Source: Eledone cirrhosa (lineage: Eukaryota). From it: a stretch of 64,000 nt of DNA. Position 1 is the first letter of the stretch; every line of letters starts with the position of its first letter. The DNA is taken from the NCBI GenBank assembly GCA_964016885.1, contig OZ024757.1, positions 23,746,001 through 23,810,000 of the forward strand. Reading direction: 5' to 3'. Below are positions 1 to 14,401 of the stretch, piece after piece. Below the pieces are notes generated by a model. The model searched no databases and was not told the DNA's origin. It saw only the letters and a program-made list of their open reading frames with translations. The position numbers were made by a program, and so were the translations under genes.

Positions 1-621
1 GTCTAATAAGAGTATATATATAGTTAAAAGAGATTGTACAGGTTATATCTACTCAACTTTTTATTAGATTATTTCAAAGTCTATTTGTATACATTCCCCT
101 CTCCACCCTCTCTAGAGAAATATATTATTTGTTTTTAACACATAGAAATGTGGCTGATGGATGTCCCAGCCCAAAGAAGGATTTGTATTTGGCATTAAGA
201 TGACTTAAGATATTCTGTGATAAGGGAAAATATTAGATAAATATGTATATTATATATATAATTATATATCATGTCCATTATATATGTATATATATATATT
301 AAGTAAGTATGTTTGGAATGCGGCAAGCGAAGTTTAGAATTGATATAGAAATAGCTTTGCTGTAATATATTTGAATACATAATATAGTCTAATGGTGGGG
401 CATATAAACCTACTGAACAGAAAAGGGTGGGTATCCCATGTGTGCAGGTACCCATCTTTTATACCATTCAGTGGGTTTATAAGCCCCATCATTAGACTTT
501 ATTACAGTGAAGCTTCTATTTCAATATCTCTCTCTATATATATCATGTCCACTTTTTATTTTTGTGACGTCATCTCATTTTCACTGATACTCATTCAATT
601 AATTATTTCTAAATTTAGCAG

Positions 622-657
<36 letters not shown>

Positions 658-2099
658 GAAATTTAAAAAAATTATATTTTTATCTTAATAAAATTTGATG
701 CTGCAAGATTTTGTGAATTCTTATTGAAATAAAATACATGAAAGTCAAATCATTATTTTTTTTCTCTCTCTTTTTATCTGCTTTCCATTCATTAACCCCT
801 GCATGTGAGGGAGAGGGTATTCGATCAATTATATTGTTTTAACTACTAGCCATGGAGTGTTTGTGAACCTGCTTCAAATCCATACCTTTTCTAAGATTGA
901 AAGAAACAGTAATGAATTAACCCTCTAGTATTTACATTACTATATATACTATTGTATATTCATGGTAAAGGCTTTACTACTTTATTTTTAGAATAATACC
1001 GTAACCCTTTAGCATTTAAACTGGCTATATCCGGCCAGAATTCTCTCACTCTTTCTGTTAAAGCTGGCCGTAACCAGCCCCTCATGCTGATGTAAATAAA
1101 TAGCATCAAAATTTCATAGATTCAATATTATGTGAAATAAAGCCTTTACCACAAAAATACAATGGTAATATAGAGGAATGTGAATGCTAAAGGCTTAATG
1201 TTATATGAGCAGCTGGTTACGGGCGGTTTGAACAGAAAGAGATGAGAATTCTGGCTGGTTTGAATAATAATGGGTTGGGTTAAGTGTAAGAATTGTAATG
1301 TGCCAGCTTCAGCAGAAGGGAGGTAGATGTAAAAACCAAAGTCGCTATTTTCAATTGGTCAATCTGGTCATGAATATAAGCAGCAAAAGGGTCTTTGGAG
1401 TCTTGTTACTTGAAAGAGTGCATAGCTCGGAGATCAGGGAGCCACTACCTCTCCGACTTGAGAGATTAGAATGTCTTGGTGAAAGAATTACTGGACAGAT
1501 TTAACAGGCAAAACAAACTGGCAGTAGAACCCCGAGTAAGATAATTGGGGATCCAACCAGATCAATTGGAGCCTTCTAACAGGAACCACTTGAAGGTGTG
1601 TAATGAATCTGTCTCTACAACTCTCCCAGGAAATACGATCACTTATTCCGAGTGGTGGTGTCATGGTAAAATGTACCCAATTGGTGGGGTGGGAGTGAAA
1701 AGTCTAAGATTCCCCCTCCCCCACTTCTCTTCTTTCCATGGAAGAAGTCCTTAGAATCATATTAGGAGGTAAGTTTAATTGATAGCACACAAAAAAATAA
1801 ATAAAGAAATAATTAAAAAATATTTCCCACATATCTCCCATTTCGGTGGGGAGTGTCTCTATAATTTTACTAAATCTTTCAACGATTTAAATGAAATAAA
1901 ATACAAGGGTTGGCGGAAAAGTTCATAGGTTGACCTAGATACTCTCATGGAATGAGGTTTATTTTCAAACATAATATATATATAAGAACACGAATGGTAA
2001 TTTTGAGCTGATTTTATGGTTATCTAAAAGATGGGTGAAAATGTTTGGGCAGGGACACAATTTCACTGAAAACGTAGAGAAACAACAGAATTTCAAGAT

Positions 2100-2330
2100 T
2101 ATCACGGCACAGGCATTGCTTTATATCTGGAGATCTCTCTGCACTTGGCGTCACATGGTACCATAGGCCCAGCACTATGCGTCAATGATTGTCACAAGTG
2201 TAGTGTTTGTACCAGAGTTTTCAAGTCGCTGGCTGGACTAAAAAGTCACACTCGTTCAGCGCATCGGTAAGGGTTCTCCTACATGGATATAAAATAGTGG
2301 CCGTACTCGAAAACGAGTTGGCAGCCACCA
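2100..2330 (+). mobile_element. 3' end of an RTE/BovB-like LINE with C-terminal zinc finger
   Basis: HKCSVCTRVFKSLAGLKSHTRSAHR* at about 2193-2270. Confidence 0.6.
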
Positions 2331-2553
2331 TTTATATATAATAGGAAAAGCGTCATGACCCCGACGTCCAGACGGCTTGAGCTCTGCCGTCGGGGTCCTG
2401 ACTCTTTTCCTATTACCCACTCTAATACCCAAAGTATTGAGTACTCTGGTGTGTTATGGTCGACATGGTTCCTTACCACACTTCCTTCGTTATATATATA
2501 TATAATATAGATGAGATTCTACAGGACTAGAAGTGTTTCATTCTTGAGAAATC

Positions 2554-2604
2554 AGATTCCTGATGATTTCTCAACAATGAAACAGTTCTAGTCTTGTAGA
2601 ATCT
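2554..2604 (+). ncRNA. Type I hammerhead ribozyme-like motif (family A) in palindrome 2504-2614
   Basis: AGAUUC-CUGAUGA-uuucucaacaau-GAAACAG-uucuaguc-UUGUA/GAAUCU: stem I 6 bp, intact core, stem III ACAG/UUGU, GUA site. Stem II is weakened in this copy. Confidence 0.7.
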
Positions 2605-3257
2605 CATCTATATTAAAACTTTTATACTCTGGGCCATCTAGTATAGTATAAGTTGTGTTGTGTCTTGCAGAAACAATATGTCAGGATGAATAGGATGAGC
2701 GTATAATGTAAACAATATGAACTTACTATATGTATGTGCCTTAGAATATATTAGTGTCTTAGTAGTAGTGGTCAATCTGTCAGGCAGGCATGGCTGGCAG
2801 TCTGTTGGTGGCCGAGAAGATAGAAGCCAGTAAGGGCCAGGATAGAGGAAGGGTAAACAGTCTACTGATGCCTACATCGTTATCACTTGCTGACTGCCAC
2901 TTCGAGACTGTCCTCTTGTTTCCTTAACTCCTTGTATTTATAATAAGTGCTAAAGTTAGAAGGATGGATATATGAGGTTGATTTATGATCAGCCCTGTGG
3001 CTATTGTCTCCCAAGAAGCTGGAGTCACAGGTCAAGTGTAATGTACATTTATCATCGCTGTCTTTGACAAGACAATGGTGAGAACCTCCAACGATAGATT
3101 GTCCTCAGATTCGGTTTCGAATCTTCGCCGGTAAAACATATGAGTATTCCGTTATATATATATATATATATATATATAGTGAAAAATTAAACGGGAACAA
3201 AACAGAGAAGCAGTACGAACAAAGGCTTATTAGTTTCACGCTCTTGAGAGTGGGGTG

Positions 3258-3288
<31 letters not shown>

Positions 3289-3970
3289 AGAATTAGCCGT
3301 CGAAACGGCTTGAGCTCAGCCGTCGGGGTCTTACTTGTTCCTATTACCCACTCTGCTACCCTAAGTATTGAGTACTTTGGTGCGTTGTGGTCCACCTGGT
3401 TCCTTGCCACATTTCCTTCGTTATATATATATATATATATGTAAAAGGTAGACAGAAATAACAACACAATCGGTACAGTATATGAAAGGAAATATGAGGT
3501 TAACGCTTGAATGCGTGTGTGCAACAAATATATTTTCAGAAAGAGAAAGTGAGAAAAATGTATAGACAGATCGTAAGAGATAGGGGAGACATAGAGTTAT
3601 TTCCCTTTGACTGTTTTTTTTTTTTTTTTTTTTCCCCAAATTAATTCTGTTCATGCTTTGCCGTGGTTTAAAAATACCACTAATTGGAAATACTTGTTCT
3701 GAATCAGTTTACACCTGATATTTACGATATCAATTTAAATATAGATGATTGTTATTACCCGTGGGGAGGAATAAGGTATACCTACTTTTTATTATATTGC
3801 TCTGAAAATCGTATTGAACATTTCTTCTAAAATGGAATTAAGGACCTGTTATTGTCCTCGCTGGTTTTAAATTCCGACCCACTAAAACATTGTGACTTCT
3901 TCATTTCATCTTTATTATATGTATGTAACTATTACTATTGTTATGTTAATTAATTATAATAAATATTAAT

Positions 3971-4142
3971 TACCGTATTTCCCGGCGTCGAAGACGCTAC
4001 TTTTTACTTAAAATAAGTCTCAAAAATCTACCATGCGTCCTGGAGGCCGAAGGTTGTTTATTATTTTCTTTTTCAAATTTTTGTTTGTCAAAATTAGGGT
4101 GAATCCTCGAGGACGAAGCGTCTCCGACCGGGAAATACAGTA
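3971..4142. mobile_element. Tc2/pogo-like MITE
   Basis: TA|CCGTATTTCCCGG ... CCGGGAAATACAG|TA terminal inverted repeats. Confidence 0.7.
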
Positions 4143-6329
4143 ATTATTAATTGTGAGTTTCAAAACGATAGCGCGTGTATTAACCTCGCTCCAGGTTTAA
4201 ATCGAGTTTTGTTTTTTTATGACTTAAGAAACCCAGCCCCTTATACGAGGCCGGTCAAACTTTATTTATTTCTCCCTTTTAGGGCAAAAATCACAAAGAA
4301 AATAAAACATTTGTTTTACAAAGTCAAAAAAGTTGGGGTCAAAATATTCTTCCTCTATGTTTCTTTAAAAAATGCACGTCGTCGCCACACATAGTGACAA
4401 GGCGACACACATAGTGACGAGGCGACAACAGCAACAACGTCGCTAATACCAATTCCACCACAACAACAACAAAAATTGATACAAATAATAACACCATAAA
4501 CAACATCAGTCGTAACTCGAACATTAACAGCGATAACAATCACAAAAACAATAAACTCATTTGGAAAGAAATCGTGTCGAGTGGAATGGGCAAGCGAGTC
4601 CCAAGTCCAAAAGGCTATGGGTACCGAATGGGCGCATAAAACATACGTAGACCAAGAAATATATTTTCAATCAATTTCAGAAAATCTTTCTAAATCAAAT
4701 TGTCCTGTCTTCTTCAGTTTTTCATAGTCTTTGTAAATTTATTGATGTCTTGCATGAGAAATTCTCACCTCAGTGCTACCAAATCCACTGAAATAAAGAG
4801 ATAGTTTATCACACCTGTCTCTGAGGCAGATGTTATGAATTTCTCAGGTAGAAGAACATTAAACAAGTAATGTTGGTTTTGAAGGTCTTATTTGTTCAAA
4901 AACATAGGAAAAACATAAATTTCACCTTTAACCCTTTAGCATTTAAACCAGCCACATCCGGCCAGAATTCGCTCATTTTTTTAAACACGTCAGAGTCCAG
5001 TTCCTCTCTAAGTCTGAACACAGGCTATTTTGTCTAGAGTGAAAGAGTGAGAAAAAGATATAGAAGAATCGACCCCAATACTGAACTTGTACTTTATTTG
5101 TGTCATATATGGACTTATAACGTCTGATTGAGTTCGCTCTTGGAACATACGGCATTTCTATGGCATCTTAAACCTGGTGGAGCCCACCTGTTCTCCAGGT
5201 CTGAATACAGTAGGGGTGAGAGAATGAAAATGACATAGAGGAAGAATCAACCCCAGTACTTCATTGGTACTTTTTTTTATCGACCCCGATGAAAGGATGA
5301 AAGGCAAAGTTGACCTCGGCGGGATTTGAACACAGAAAGCCGAAAAGAATACTGCAAAGCATTCTACCCGACGTTCTAACGATGTCTGCCAATTTGTCGC
5401 CTTACAATAGTTTAATTTCTAGAACAGGCTTCATTTCATGTTACTCTATTACAGTCAACTGAACCCCCTCCCCAAAGCTAAGGGCTTGTCCCTGCGATAA
5501 ACAAATGTCCAGTCCAGAGCGGAGGAGTGTTGTGTCCTCAGTCACTGAACACCGACTGAAACTTTAGTGTGTTTTATTCCATACAGAGTTGTTTCCCTTG
5601 TCAAAGACATTTTTAATAAGAAAGTTTTGGTTCTCAAGCAGAATTAAATGATGGGACCACCCTCCTCCTTCTAATGTAGGTGTGCGGGAGTGATGGTGGA
5701 GGTGGGGCGAATAAAGTTTTCTGTCAACTAAAAGACATTCCATCATAAGTTAAGACATCGCTTCAACATACACACACAAACCACAAAATTGTTAACCATG
5801 TTGCCAACAACAACCCTGAGTACCTTTTCGATTTCCATGTGTCTAACACACGTGGACATGCCCACAAAGTAAGAAACAGCACAGTTCCCATGACTTTCGG
5901 AAACATTTTTTCACGCTCAGAGTTGCTGAAGCATGGAACAAACTACCTGCATCAGTTGTTAGCTGTCGAGACACTGCATCCTTTAAGGCCTCCATGCTTC
6001 CTGAGATCCGCCAACAGAACAGCTAACACATACACACATGTACTTCCCTGACATTTGTGTATTATTCTATGTACTATATTGACGAATTGTAGTGCACCTG
6101 AGCACTTTACACAATAATTTCATTATTATTATTTTAAACACACATAACATCTATTTTTCCATGATAGCATGGGTTACATGAGTTGTCCTGTCATGAGACA
6201 AGCCAGATCAGAAGACTGTGTTTTGCTCATACAGAACTGATTGTGGTTGATTTCTACAGCTGGATGCCCTTCCTAACAGCAAGTACATTTACAGTGTGTA
6301 CTGGGTGCTTTTGTCATATCACTTATACT

Positions 6330-6545
6330 TTACAGGAGGCAAACCATATCACTGTGATATTTGTGGTAGTTCATTCTCTCAGACTGGTAACTTAACTAGA
6401 CACAATCGCATTCATAGAAGAGAGAAGCCATATCACTGTGGTATATGTGGTAAATCACCTCACAATGACCTGTCTTAACTTATAAATACATTTATTCAGT
6501 AGAGAAACCACATCACTGATATATCTTGTAAATCTTCTCTCCAAA
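6330..6545 (+). pseudogene. Decayed C2H2 zinc-finger fragment
   Basis: [42 protein letters not shown], then frameshift and stop; third finger degenerate. Confidence 0.8.
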
Positions 6546-8239
6546 AATTAATACCAGTAATAGCTGTGAGTTAAACCTATGATAAGACTGGCGTTCTGTC
6601 CAGGAGGAAGTCTTCTACTGTGTCATTTAATGCTGAGGAAACTGGAATAAGCACCAATCTGATGAGCTTCCAAATGTGGAACAGACTTTAACTTTGTCCA
6701 GCCTGCTTTGATTTAATTGGTAGCACAGCTATCCGGTTTATAGCAGATGTGAGTTCAAGTCCTAAAGGTGACATTTCTCTCCAAACAGTCGCAGAGCTAT
6801 GTTTTTATTCACAAAGAAAAATAACTGTATCAGTATCAAAAGTGATTCATCATCATCACCGTTTTACGTCCATTTTTCCACACTAGCATGGGTTAGACGG
6901 ATTCTCCTGTTGTGGGCAATGCCAGGTCAGTTAACTATGTCCTGCTCATACAGAACTGATTCTGGCTTGATTTATACAGCTGGATGTCTTGCCTAACACC
7001 AACCTCATTTACAGTGAGTACTGGGTGCCTTTTTACCTACACGACTCCTTTACAGTGTGGGAGAACTGGGTGCTTTTTTGTTGTAACACCTACATGACCA
7101 CTTTACAGTGTGGGTGGACTGGGTGCATTTTTGTTGTGACACCTACATGACCACTTTACAGTGGGGGGGAATTGAGGGGTACATACTGTCTATATACTTC
7201 AGCTTCAGCAGATTCTATAGGGAAATGTCTAACCCTAAAGTAATCACACTGGAAAGAAGGTATAGTAACATGATAAAAACTTCTCAACATTATATTTGGA
7301 AAGGGCAGTGGATTGGCAGTATCGGTAGAAGGTCGGACGCCATGCTTTGCAGCAAAGAGTTACGGCCCTTTATGGTCTGATTTCAAATACCGCTGATGTT
7401 AACTTTGCCTTTCATCATTACGGGGTCGATAAAATAAAGTACCAGTAATGCACTGGGATAATTGCTGGCCTTGTGCCAAAAGTAAAAACAATTATATTTG
7501 GAATAATCTCATCTAAAATTCTAAAGTCTGTCTTGAGCCTGGAGACTCATCAGGTCGGTGCTTATTCCAGTTTCTGTGGCATGAAGCAACTAAGAGTACA
7601 AGATCCTGCCTCCTTCCTGTCTGAAGCCCTGAGGCTCATAAGGCCACATGCCTCGACTGAGTATACTGGAGCAACTTGAAATGAAGTGTTTTGTTCAAGA
7701 GCACAACACAACCTAGTTCAGGTATTGAACCCATGACCCATGACATTACGATCGTAAATACAACACCATTACCACTTGGCCATGTGCCTCTACTAATCAC
7801 AACATGGGTGAGATAAAATGATATATTCCACCCTGAGTTCAAATCCTGCCAAGATTAACTTTACTTTTCATCCTTTTGAGGTCAATAAATAAAGTACCAG
7901 TTCGGTATTGGGGTCTATTCTTCATCTGTCTCTCTTTCTTATTTCCCTTTTCTCTGAAAGAAATTAGCTGTGAACAAGCCTGGGAGGAATGGGCTGTTTC
8001 TACATGTAGAGGTCTCATGGCTCTTTAGGAATTGCTTCAACTTGATAAACATGAAGGGTCCTTCATCTTCACCCTCTGCCTGAATCAATAAACAATGGGA
8101 TTCCACATTCTAAAAATAGAATTAAGAAAGTGGATATATGTAGAAAAGGAGTAGTTAGGAACTCTATATGATGTATTCAGTGTAAAATACGGGTACACGA
8201 AAGGTGTAGTGAGATGATTGTAGGCAGACAAACAGAAAA

Positions 8240-9400
8240 GGTAACGCCCTTCCTAACACCAACCTCATTTACAGTGAGTGCTGGGTGCTTTTCTTTTTGC
8301 CGTGGCGCCTACACGTCCACTTTACAGCGAGTGCTGGGTGCTCTTTTGCCGTGGCGCCTACACGTCCACTTTACAGTGAGTGCTGGGTGCTTTTTTTGCC
8401 GTGGCGCCTACACGTCCACTTTACAGTGTGGGCTGGGTGCTTTTTTTGGCGTGGCGCCTACACGTCCACTTTACAGTGAGTGCTGGGTGCTCTTTTGCCG
8501 TGGCGCCTACACGTCCACTTTATAGCGAGTGCTGGGTGCTTTTTTTGCCGTGGCGCCTACACGTCCACTTTACAGCGAGTGCTGGGTGCTCTTTTGCCGT
8601 GGCGCCTACACGTCCACTTTATAGCGAGTGCTGGGTGCTTTTTTTGCCGTGGCGCCTACACGTCCACTTTACAGCGAGTGCTGGGTGCTCTTTTGCCGTG
8701 GCGCCTACACGTCCACTTTATAGTGAGTGCTGGGTGCTTTTTTTGCCGTGGCGCCTACACGTCCACTTTACAGTGAGTGCTGGGTGCTCTTTTGCCGTGG
8801 CGCCTACACGTCCACTTTATAGCGAGTGCTGGGTGCTTTTTTTGCCGTGGCGCCTACACGTCCACTTTACAGCGAGTGCTGGGTGCTCTTTTGCCGTGGC
8901 GCCTACACGTCCACTTTATAGCGAGTGCTGGGTGCTTTATTTGCCGTGGCGCCTACACGTCCACTTTACAGTGAGTGCTGGGTGCTCTTTTGCCGTGGCG
9001 CCTACACGTCCACTTTACAGTGAGTGCTGGGTGCTCTTTTGCCGTGGCGCCTACACGTCCACTTTACAGTGTGGGCTGGGTGCTTTTTTGCCGTGGCGCC
9101 TCCACGTCCACTTTACAGTGAGTGCTGGGTGCTCTTTTGCCGTGGCGCCTCCACGTCCACTTTACAGTGAGTGCTGGGTGCTCTTTTGCCGTGGCGCCTA
9201 CACGTCCACTTTACAGCGAGTGCTGGGTGCTTTTTTTGCCGTGGCGCCTACACGTCCACTTTACAGTGTGGGCTGGGTGCTTTTTTTGCCGTGGCGCCTA
9301 CACGTCCACTTTACAGTGAGTGCTGGGTGCTTTTTTGCAGTGGAATGATAGGGACCCCAGTCCTATCATCTCATTTCTACAACTGAGTAACCTGGAGCAA
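8240..9400 (-). repeat. 49/50-bp minisatellite (about 22 copies) expanded inside a SINE
   Basis: Unit ttacagtgagtgctgggtgc(t)nttgccgtggcgcctacacgtccact; both flanks match the SINE family at 62875-63182. Confidence 0.9.
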
Positions 9401-10559
9401 TAAAAAATGAGCAGTATTTTACGTGTCTGTAATTTCTGACACAACATCTTTATTCATTTTAGTTTTATGAATATGCTCCTGAATAGTATTTAGTCAAGCT
9501 TTTTATTGTTGAATGTTTTTTTTGCTGCTGTTTCTAGCTATCCACATACCTATTCACGTCATGTAGACAAAACTGAGTGAGACACGGTGTTATTTTTGTA
9601 ACTCCATGAGTGTGTCTGTAATTCATCAGGCACAACATTTTATTTTTGTATATGTGGGCAGGATGCTTTTTGTTATGATACAATCATGATAACTTTATAG
9701 AGTAAAGGTGGTGTGAACAGAAGTGGCTGGGTGTTATGGCATGGGAGGTGTATGGAAGAGGGTATAGTTAAGAGGTGCCTACTAGATGTATATTTCAGTC
9801 CGTGTGCATGGGTAGGCAGGTCTTCTGTATTACTGCATAACACCAAAGATCTCAATCCTGTGTCATTGTTTTTGAGAGGTCTAATTCCACAAGGTCAGAT
9901 TTTAACACCTGGTCCCAGATCATCCTACTCCATAGCTTGTCAACTTTGATCGTCCTGCACCTTTTTATACAGCTTCATCTTTCATACACATCACATGTCC
10001 ATACCAATGCAATCTCCTCTCTGGCACATTGCATCTGATCCCTCTTATGCCCAATTTCTATCTCAGTTCATTTATGCTTTGCTGTTCATGTATATTACTA
10101 TTACACATTCATTGGAACATGGCAGGCTTCATTTCTTTCCAGTCTTTGCAGGTATTCTGCACACAGTGCCCAGGTCTCACTACCATACAACATTGCTGAT
10201 GCATGTATATGGCATGCATCATACAATCTATCCTTCATTTTAAGGTAAAAACCTTTTGTAGCAAGCAACTGTAGTAGGTCCCTGAACTTTCTCTATCCTG
10301 TTCTTAATCTCCTCCACTGCTGATTTGGTCACCCAGGTAACAGAAACTGTCGACTTTTTCTATAGAGTGTCTGAGCATTTAAAGGAGCTAGTATTCTGTG
10401 GGCACTTGCTACTTACTGCACCTGTGTATCGGTCACATATGAAATCTACATTCTTTGATAACCTGTCAGTGATCCCACTATGTCTTTTATGCACCCATAG
10501 CTTGCATTTCGGACATATATATATATATCTATATATGAATATACATATATAAATATATA

Positions 10560-11060
10560 TATTAATGTTCAGAGCCATCCTCAGCATTCTCGTGTAGCAC
10601 CCATCCACCATCTGAGTGAGTCTCTTGGTCAGTGTCCAAGTCTCGGACCCATACAGCAGCACAGACTCCACTACAGCAATGAAGAGGCGGATTTTCAGGT
10701 CTCTACGAAGGTCCGACTTCCACACCGATCTCACTGACGTCATGTATACACTGAGGATGAAAAACTCAGAGCTGTATGGGAGCATCCCAAAAGTCAGCTC
10801 AAAAGTGACACAGAGGAGACTGAGGTTGGCTGGACATGCTCACCGACATCCAGAGTTGACATTGCACTCAGTGCTCCTTTGGGAGCCCCTACATGGACAC
10901 ACTAGAAGAGGAAGACCAAGGTTAACATATGTTGATGCCCTAAGGACAGACACTGGTCTGTTGGAGATGCAGGATATGGCAGCGATAATGAGGGACAGAG
11001 ACCGCTGGAGAGAACTCGTCCATGGATCTCGGGAATTTTACCCGCCTTAGATAGATAGAC
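10560..11060. mobile_element. RTE-like LINE 3' fragment with 5' inversion (10560-10738 minus, 10738-11050 plus)
   Basis: Minus part: LKIRLFIAVVESVLLYGSETWTLT..RMLRMALN. Plus part: RMKNSELYG..RRLRLAGH..RGRPRLTYVD. Inserted within an older minus-strand RTE relic (about 9900-10510). Confidence 0.85.
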
Positions 11061-12589
11061 ATATATATATTGGTACAGTTAGGTATATTTGAAAAAAAAA
11101 GGAAAAGAAAGACTTCACTTGTAGTGTTAAAAATTTTTTTGATTTAATGTTAAAATATTATATTATGAGTTGGTAGATCCATAATATTCTGAGACCGGGT
11201 GATGTGTTGTTTCCTTGAGCAAGACACTTTATTTCACATGGCTCCAGTTCACTCAGCTGTAGAAATGAGATGATAGGGACTGGGGTCCCTATCATTTCAC
11301 TGTAAAGTGGTCGTGGAGGTGCCACAGCAAAAAAGCACCCAGCACTCACTGTAAATGAGGTTGGTGTTAGGAAGGGCATCCAGCTGTAGAAATCAAGCCA
11401 GAATCAGTTCCTGTCCCACCCTTGCAAGCAGGGAAAAGCGCACATAAAATGAAATGATGATGAATAAGATAAAATAAAACAAGGACGAGTGGTTACTCCT
11501 TCATTACATTTATTTGTTGGTGACGCATGTTTCGTTATTGATCAGCTCAAGGTTTGATCTGCATCGATCTAGCCTGACTCTGTAATTAATGGCTTGTCGG
11601 ACCTAAACATCGAGTGCTCACCCAGGTGAACCTAGAGTAACTCCGAGTTACACTCCCTGGATATATATATATCATTTTACTTTCGCTTTTCCCTGCTTGC
11701 AAGGGTGGGACGGAAACTGGCTTGATTTCTTCTCCAGCTGGATGCCCTTCCTAACACCTACCTCATTTACAGTGAGTGCTGGGTGCTTTTTTCCCGTGGC
11801 ACCTCCACATCCACTTTACAGTGTGGTCTGGGTGCTGTTTTGCCGTGGCACCTCCACGACCACTTTGCAGTGGAATGATAGGGACCCCAGTCCCTATCAT
11901 CTCATTTCTACAGCAGAGTAAACTGGAGCAATGTGAAATAAAGTGTCTTGCTCAAGGAAACAACACATGACCCGGTTGTGATGTATATATTTAAAAAGTG
12001 GGTAAGGTTATGTTTGAATATATATATTGTAGAGCAAAAATAATCACATGACATAATTTGTAGAGTAATAAATCATTTTATTACATAATTTATAGAGTAA
12101 TAAATTATATCCCGTAGACCGGCAAATCATAAGAATACATATCATAGAGAAATGCTACAGACCCCGTAGAGTATAATATAACACAGATATAATATAACAC
12201 AGATATGGCAGATCCTATATATAGCATATATAATGCATATAACACATATATATTGTAGAGCATATATATATAAAATTACATAGATATTATAGATCCTATA
12301 TATAGCACATATATTGTAGAGCAGATTTATATAATATTACATAGATACCGTAGGTCATATATAATATAACACATATTGTAGAGCATTTATATATATTACA
12401 TAGATATCATAGGCCATATATAATGTAACATATATATTGTAGAGCAGATATATAATATAACATACATATTGCAGATCAACAAATTAAAATATTGCATATT
12501 CAGTATTGCAAAAATTATCAACAAACTTTATTTCATAGAATGACAAATACTGTAATATATATATATGTGTGTGTATGTGTGTGTGTATA

Positions 12590-12652
12590 ACTATATATAG
12601 GTATGTATGTAAGTATAAGGATATGTATGTATGTATGTATATGTAAGTATAA

Positions 12653-12721
<69 letters not shown>

Positions 12722-12726
12722 TATAA

Positions 12727-12778
<52 letters not shown>

Positions 12779-12837
12779 AGTATAAGGATATATATATATA
12801 TATATAAGTATAAGGATATATATATATATATATATAA

Positions 12838-12884
<47 letters not shown>

Positions 12885-12943
12885 TATAAGGATATATATA
12901 TCTATATAAGTATAAGGATATATATATATATATATAAGTATAA

Positions 12944-12980
<37 letters not shown>

Positions 12981-13156
12981 TATAAGTATAAGGATATATA
13001 TATATATATATATATATATAAGTAGAAGTATAAGGATATATATATATATATATATATATATAAGTATAAGTATAAGGATATATATATATAAGGATATATA
13101 TATATATAAGGATATATATATATATATATATAAGTATAAGGATATATATATATATA
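12590..13156. repeat. Compound (TA)n / taagtataagga repeat
   Basis: Direct reading. Confidence 0.95.
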
Positions 13157-13468
13157 GAGAGTAACATTGTATATGTTGTGGTGGAGCAGCAAGAATTAGT
13201 AACAGCAATAAAGGCTGATATATAGTGTAAAAGGAACATTGCACACGATGTATCACGTAGAATAAAAAATAGTATTGATACATTATCTTTTTAGAGTTAG
13301 AAAATATATGCTATGTATTATATGGAAGAAAATATGATAACAGTGGATACATTGTAGAGCAAGCAATTGCAACATGCTGTATCTTGAGGATATCAAATGG
13401 GTAAATATTGTATATCACACTGGATAAGATGAGTAAACTGATGCATCTTTGTTGATCTAAACTGGATG

Positions 13469-13499
<31 letters not shown>

Positions 13500-14401
13500 A
13501 AAAATGGCAGCATCTTGTGGATCTAATAGATGATATATGCGATAAAAATGGTAGTATGTAGTATGTTGTGTAAGTTATGTTGGGATAAGGTTGATAGAGT
13601 GATATATATATCAGGGATCTAGAATGGATGAAACGTGATAAAAATGTAGTATGCTATATCTTGTGGGTATTAAGTGGATGATATTGTGTATGATATGGGA
13701 TAATGTTGTTAGAATGATATACATTGTGGATATTAAACAGAATATATTGGATATTGCATAGATTGATGGCAAGTAATAGCATGTATGTCGTGTGTGATAA
13801 AGATGCAGTAACATGGTGACTTCTCTTAGTTTAAAGACAAAAGTATTTACTGCTGCAGTTGCTAAAATAAGGAATAAAGTTGATGTAGTCCACACTGTAA
13901 ACGTGGTTGGTGTTAGGAAGGGCATCCAGCCGGAGAAAACCCGCCAGACAGTCCTATACGAGCAAGACAACCAATCTTGCCTCAAGTGGGACAATTCCCG
14001 TCTAAACCCATGCTAGCGTGGAAGATAGACTTTAAACAATGATGATGATGATGATGATGGCCGTGTCATCAGGGCCCAGAACCTCTGCATCCATATCCTT
14101 GTCCTTGAGTGATGCACTGGTATCAGGAAGACCAAAGAAAACACTGAAGTGATAACATCAGGGAATGGATAGGAAGAAAGCTGGCTGAGTGCATGGTCAT
14201 GGCGAGAAGCCAGTGGAGAGCATTGGTGCACTTGTCCATGGTCCCCGACCCTTAGTAATGAGGGTGGGAAATGAAGATGATACCCTTGAAGGTGGTTCCC
14301 TAGCATGGTTACAGTCCAATAACTATCATCATCATCATCATCATCATCAGCTAGTACCTGGTAACATTTCAATAACTCTCCCATTGATATTCCATGGTTC
14401 A

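Noticed and set aside
6655-6690. CTGATGAG motifs here and near 29416 as hammerheads
   Set aside because: No correctly placed GAAA, stem III or stem I; likely SINE/LINE tail sequence or chance
8380-9348. 322-aa ORF and overlapping ORFs
   Set aside because: Translation of a 49/50-bp SINE-derived minisatellite; no domain or splice context
12591-13283. Ile/Tyr-rich ORFs here and at 26675-28268
   Set aside because: (TA)n translations
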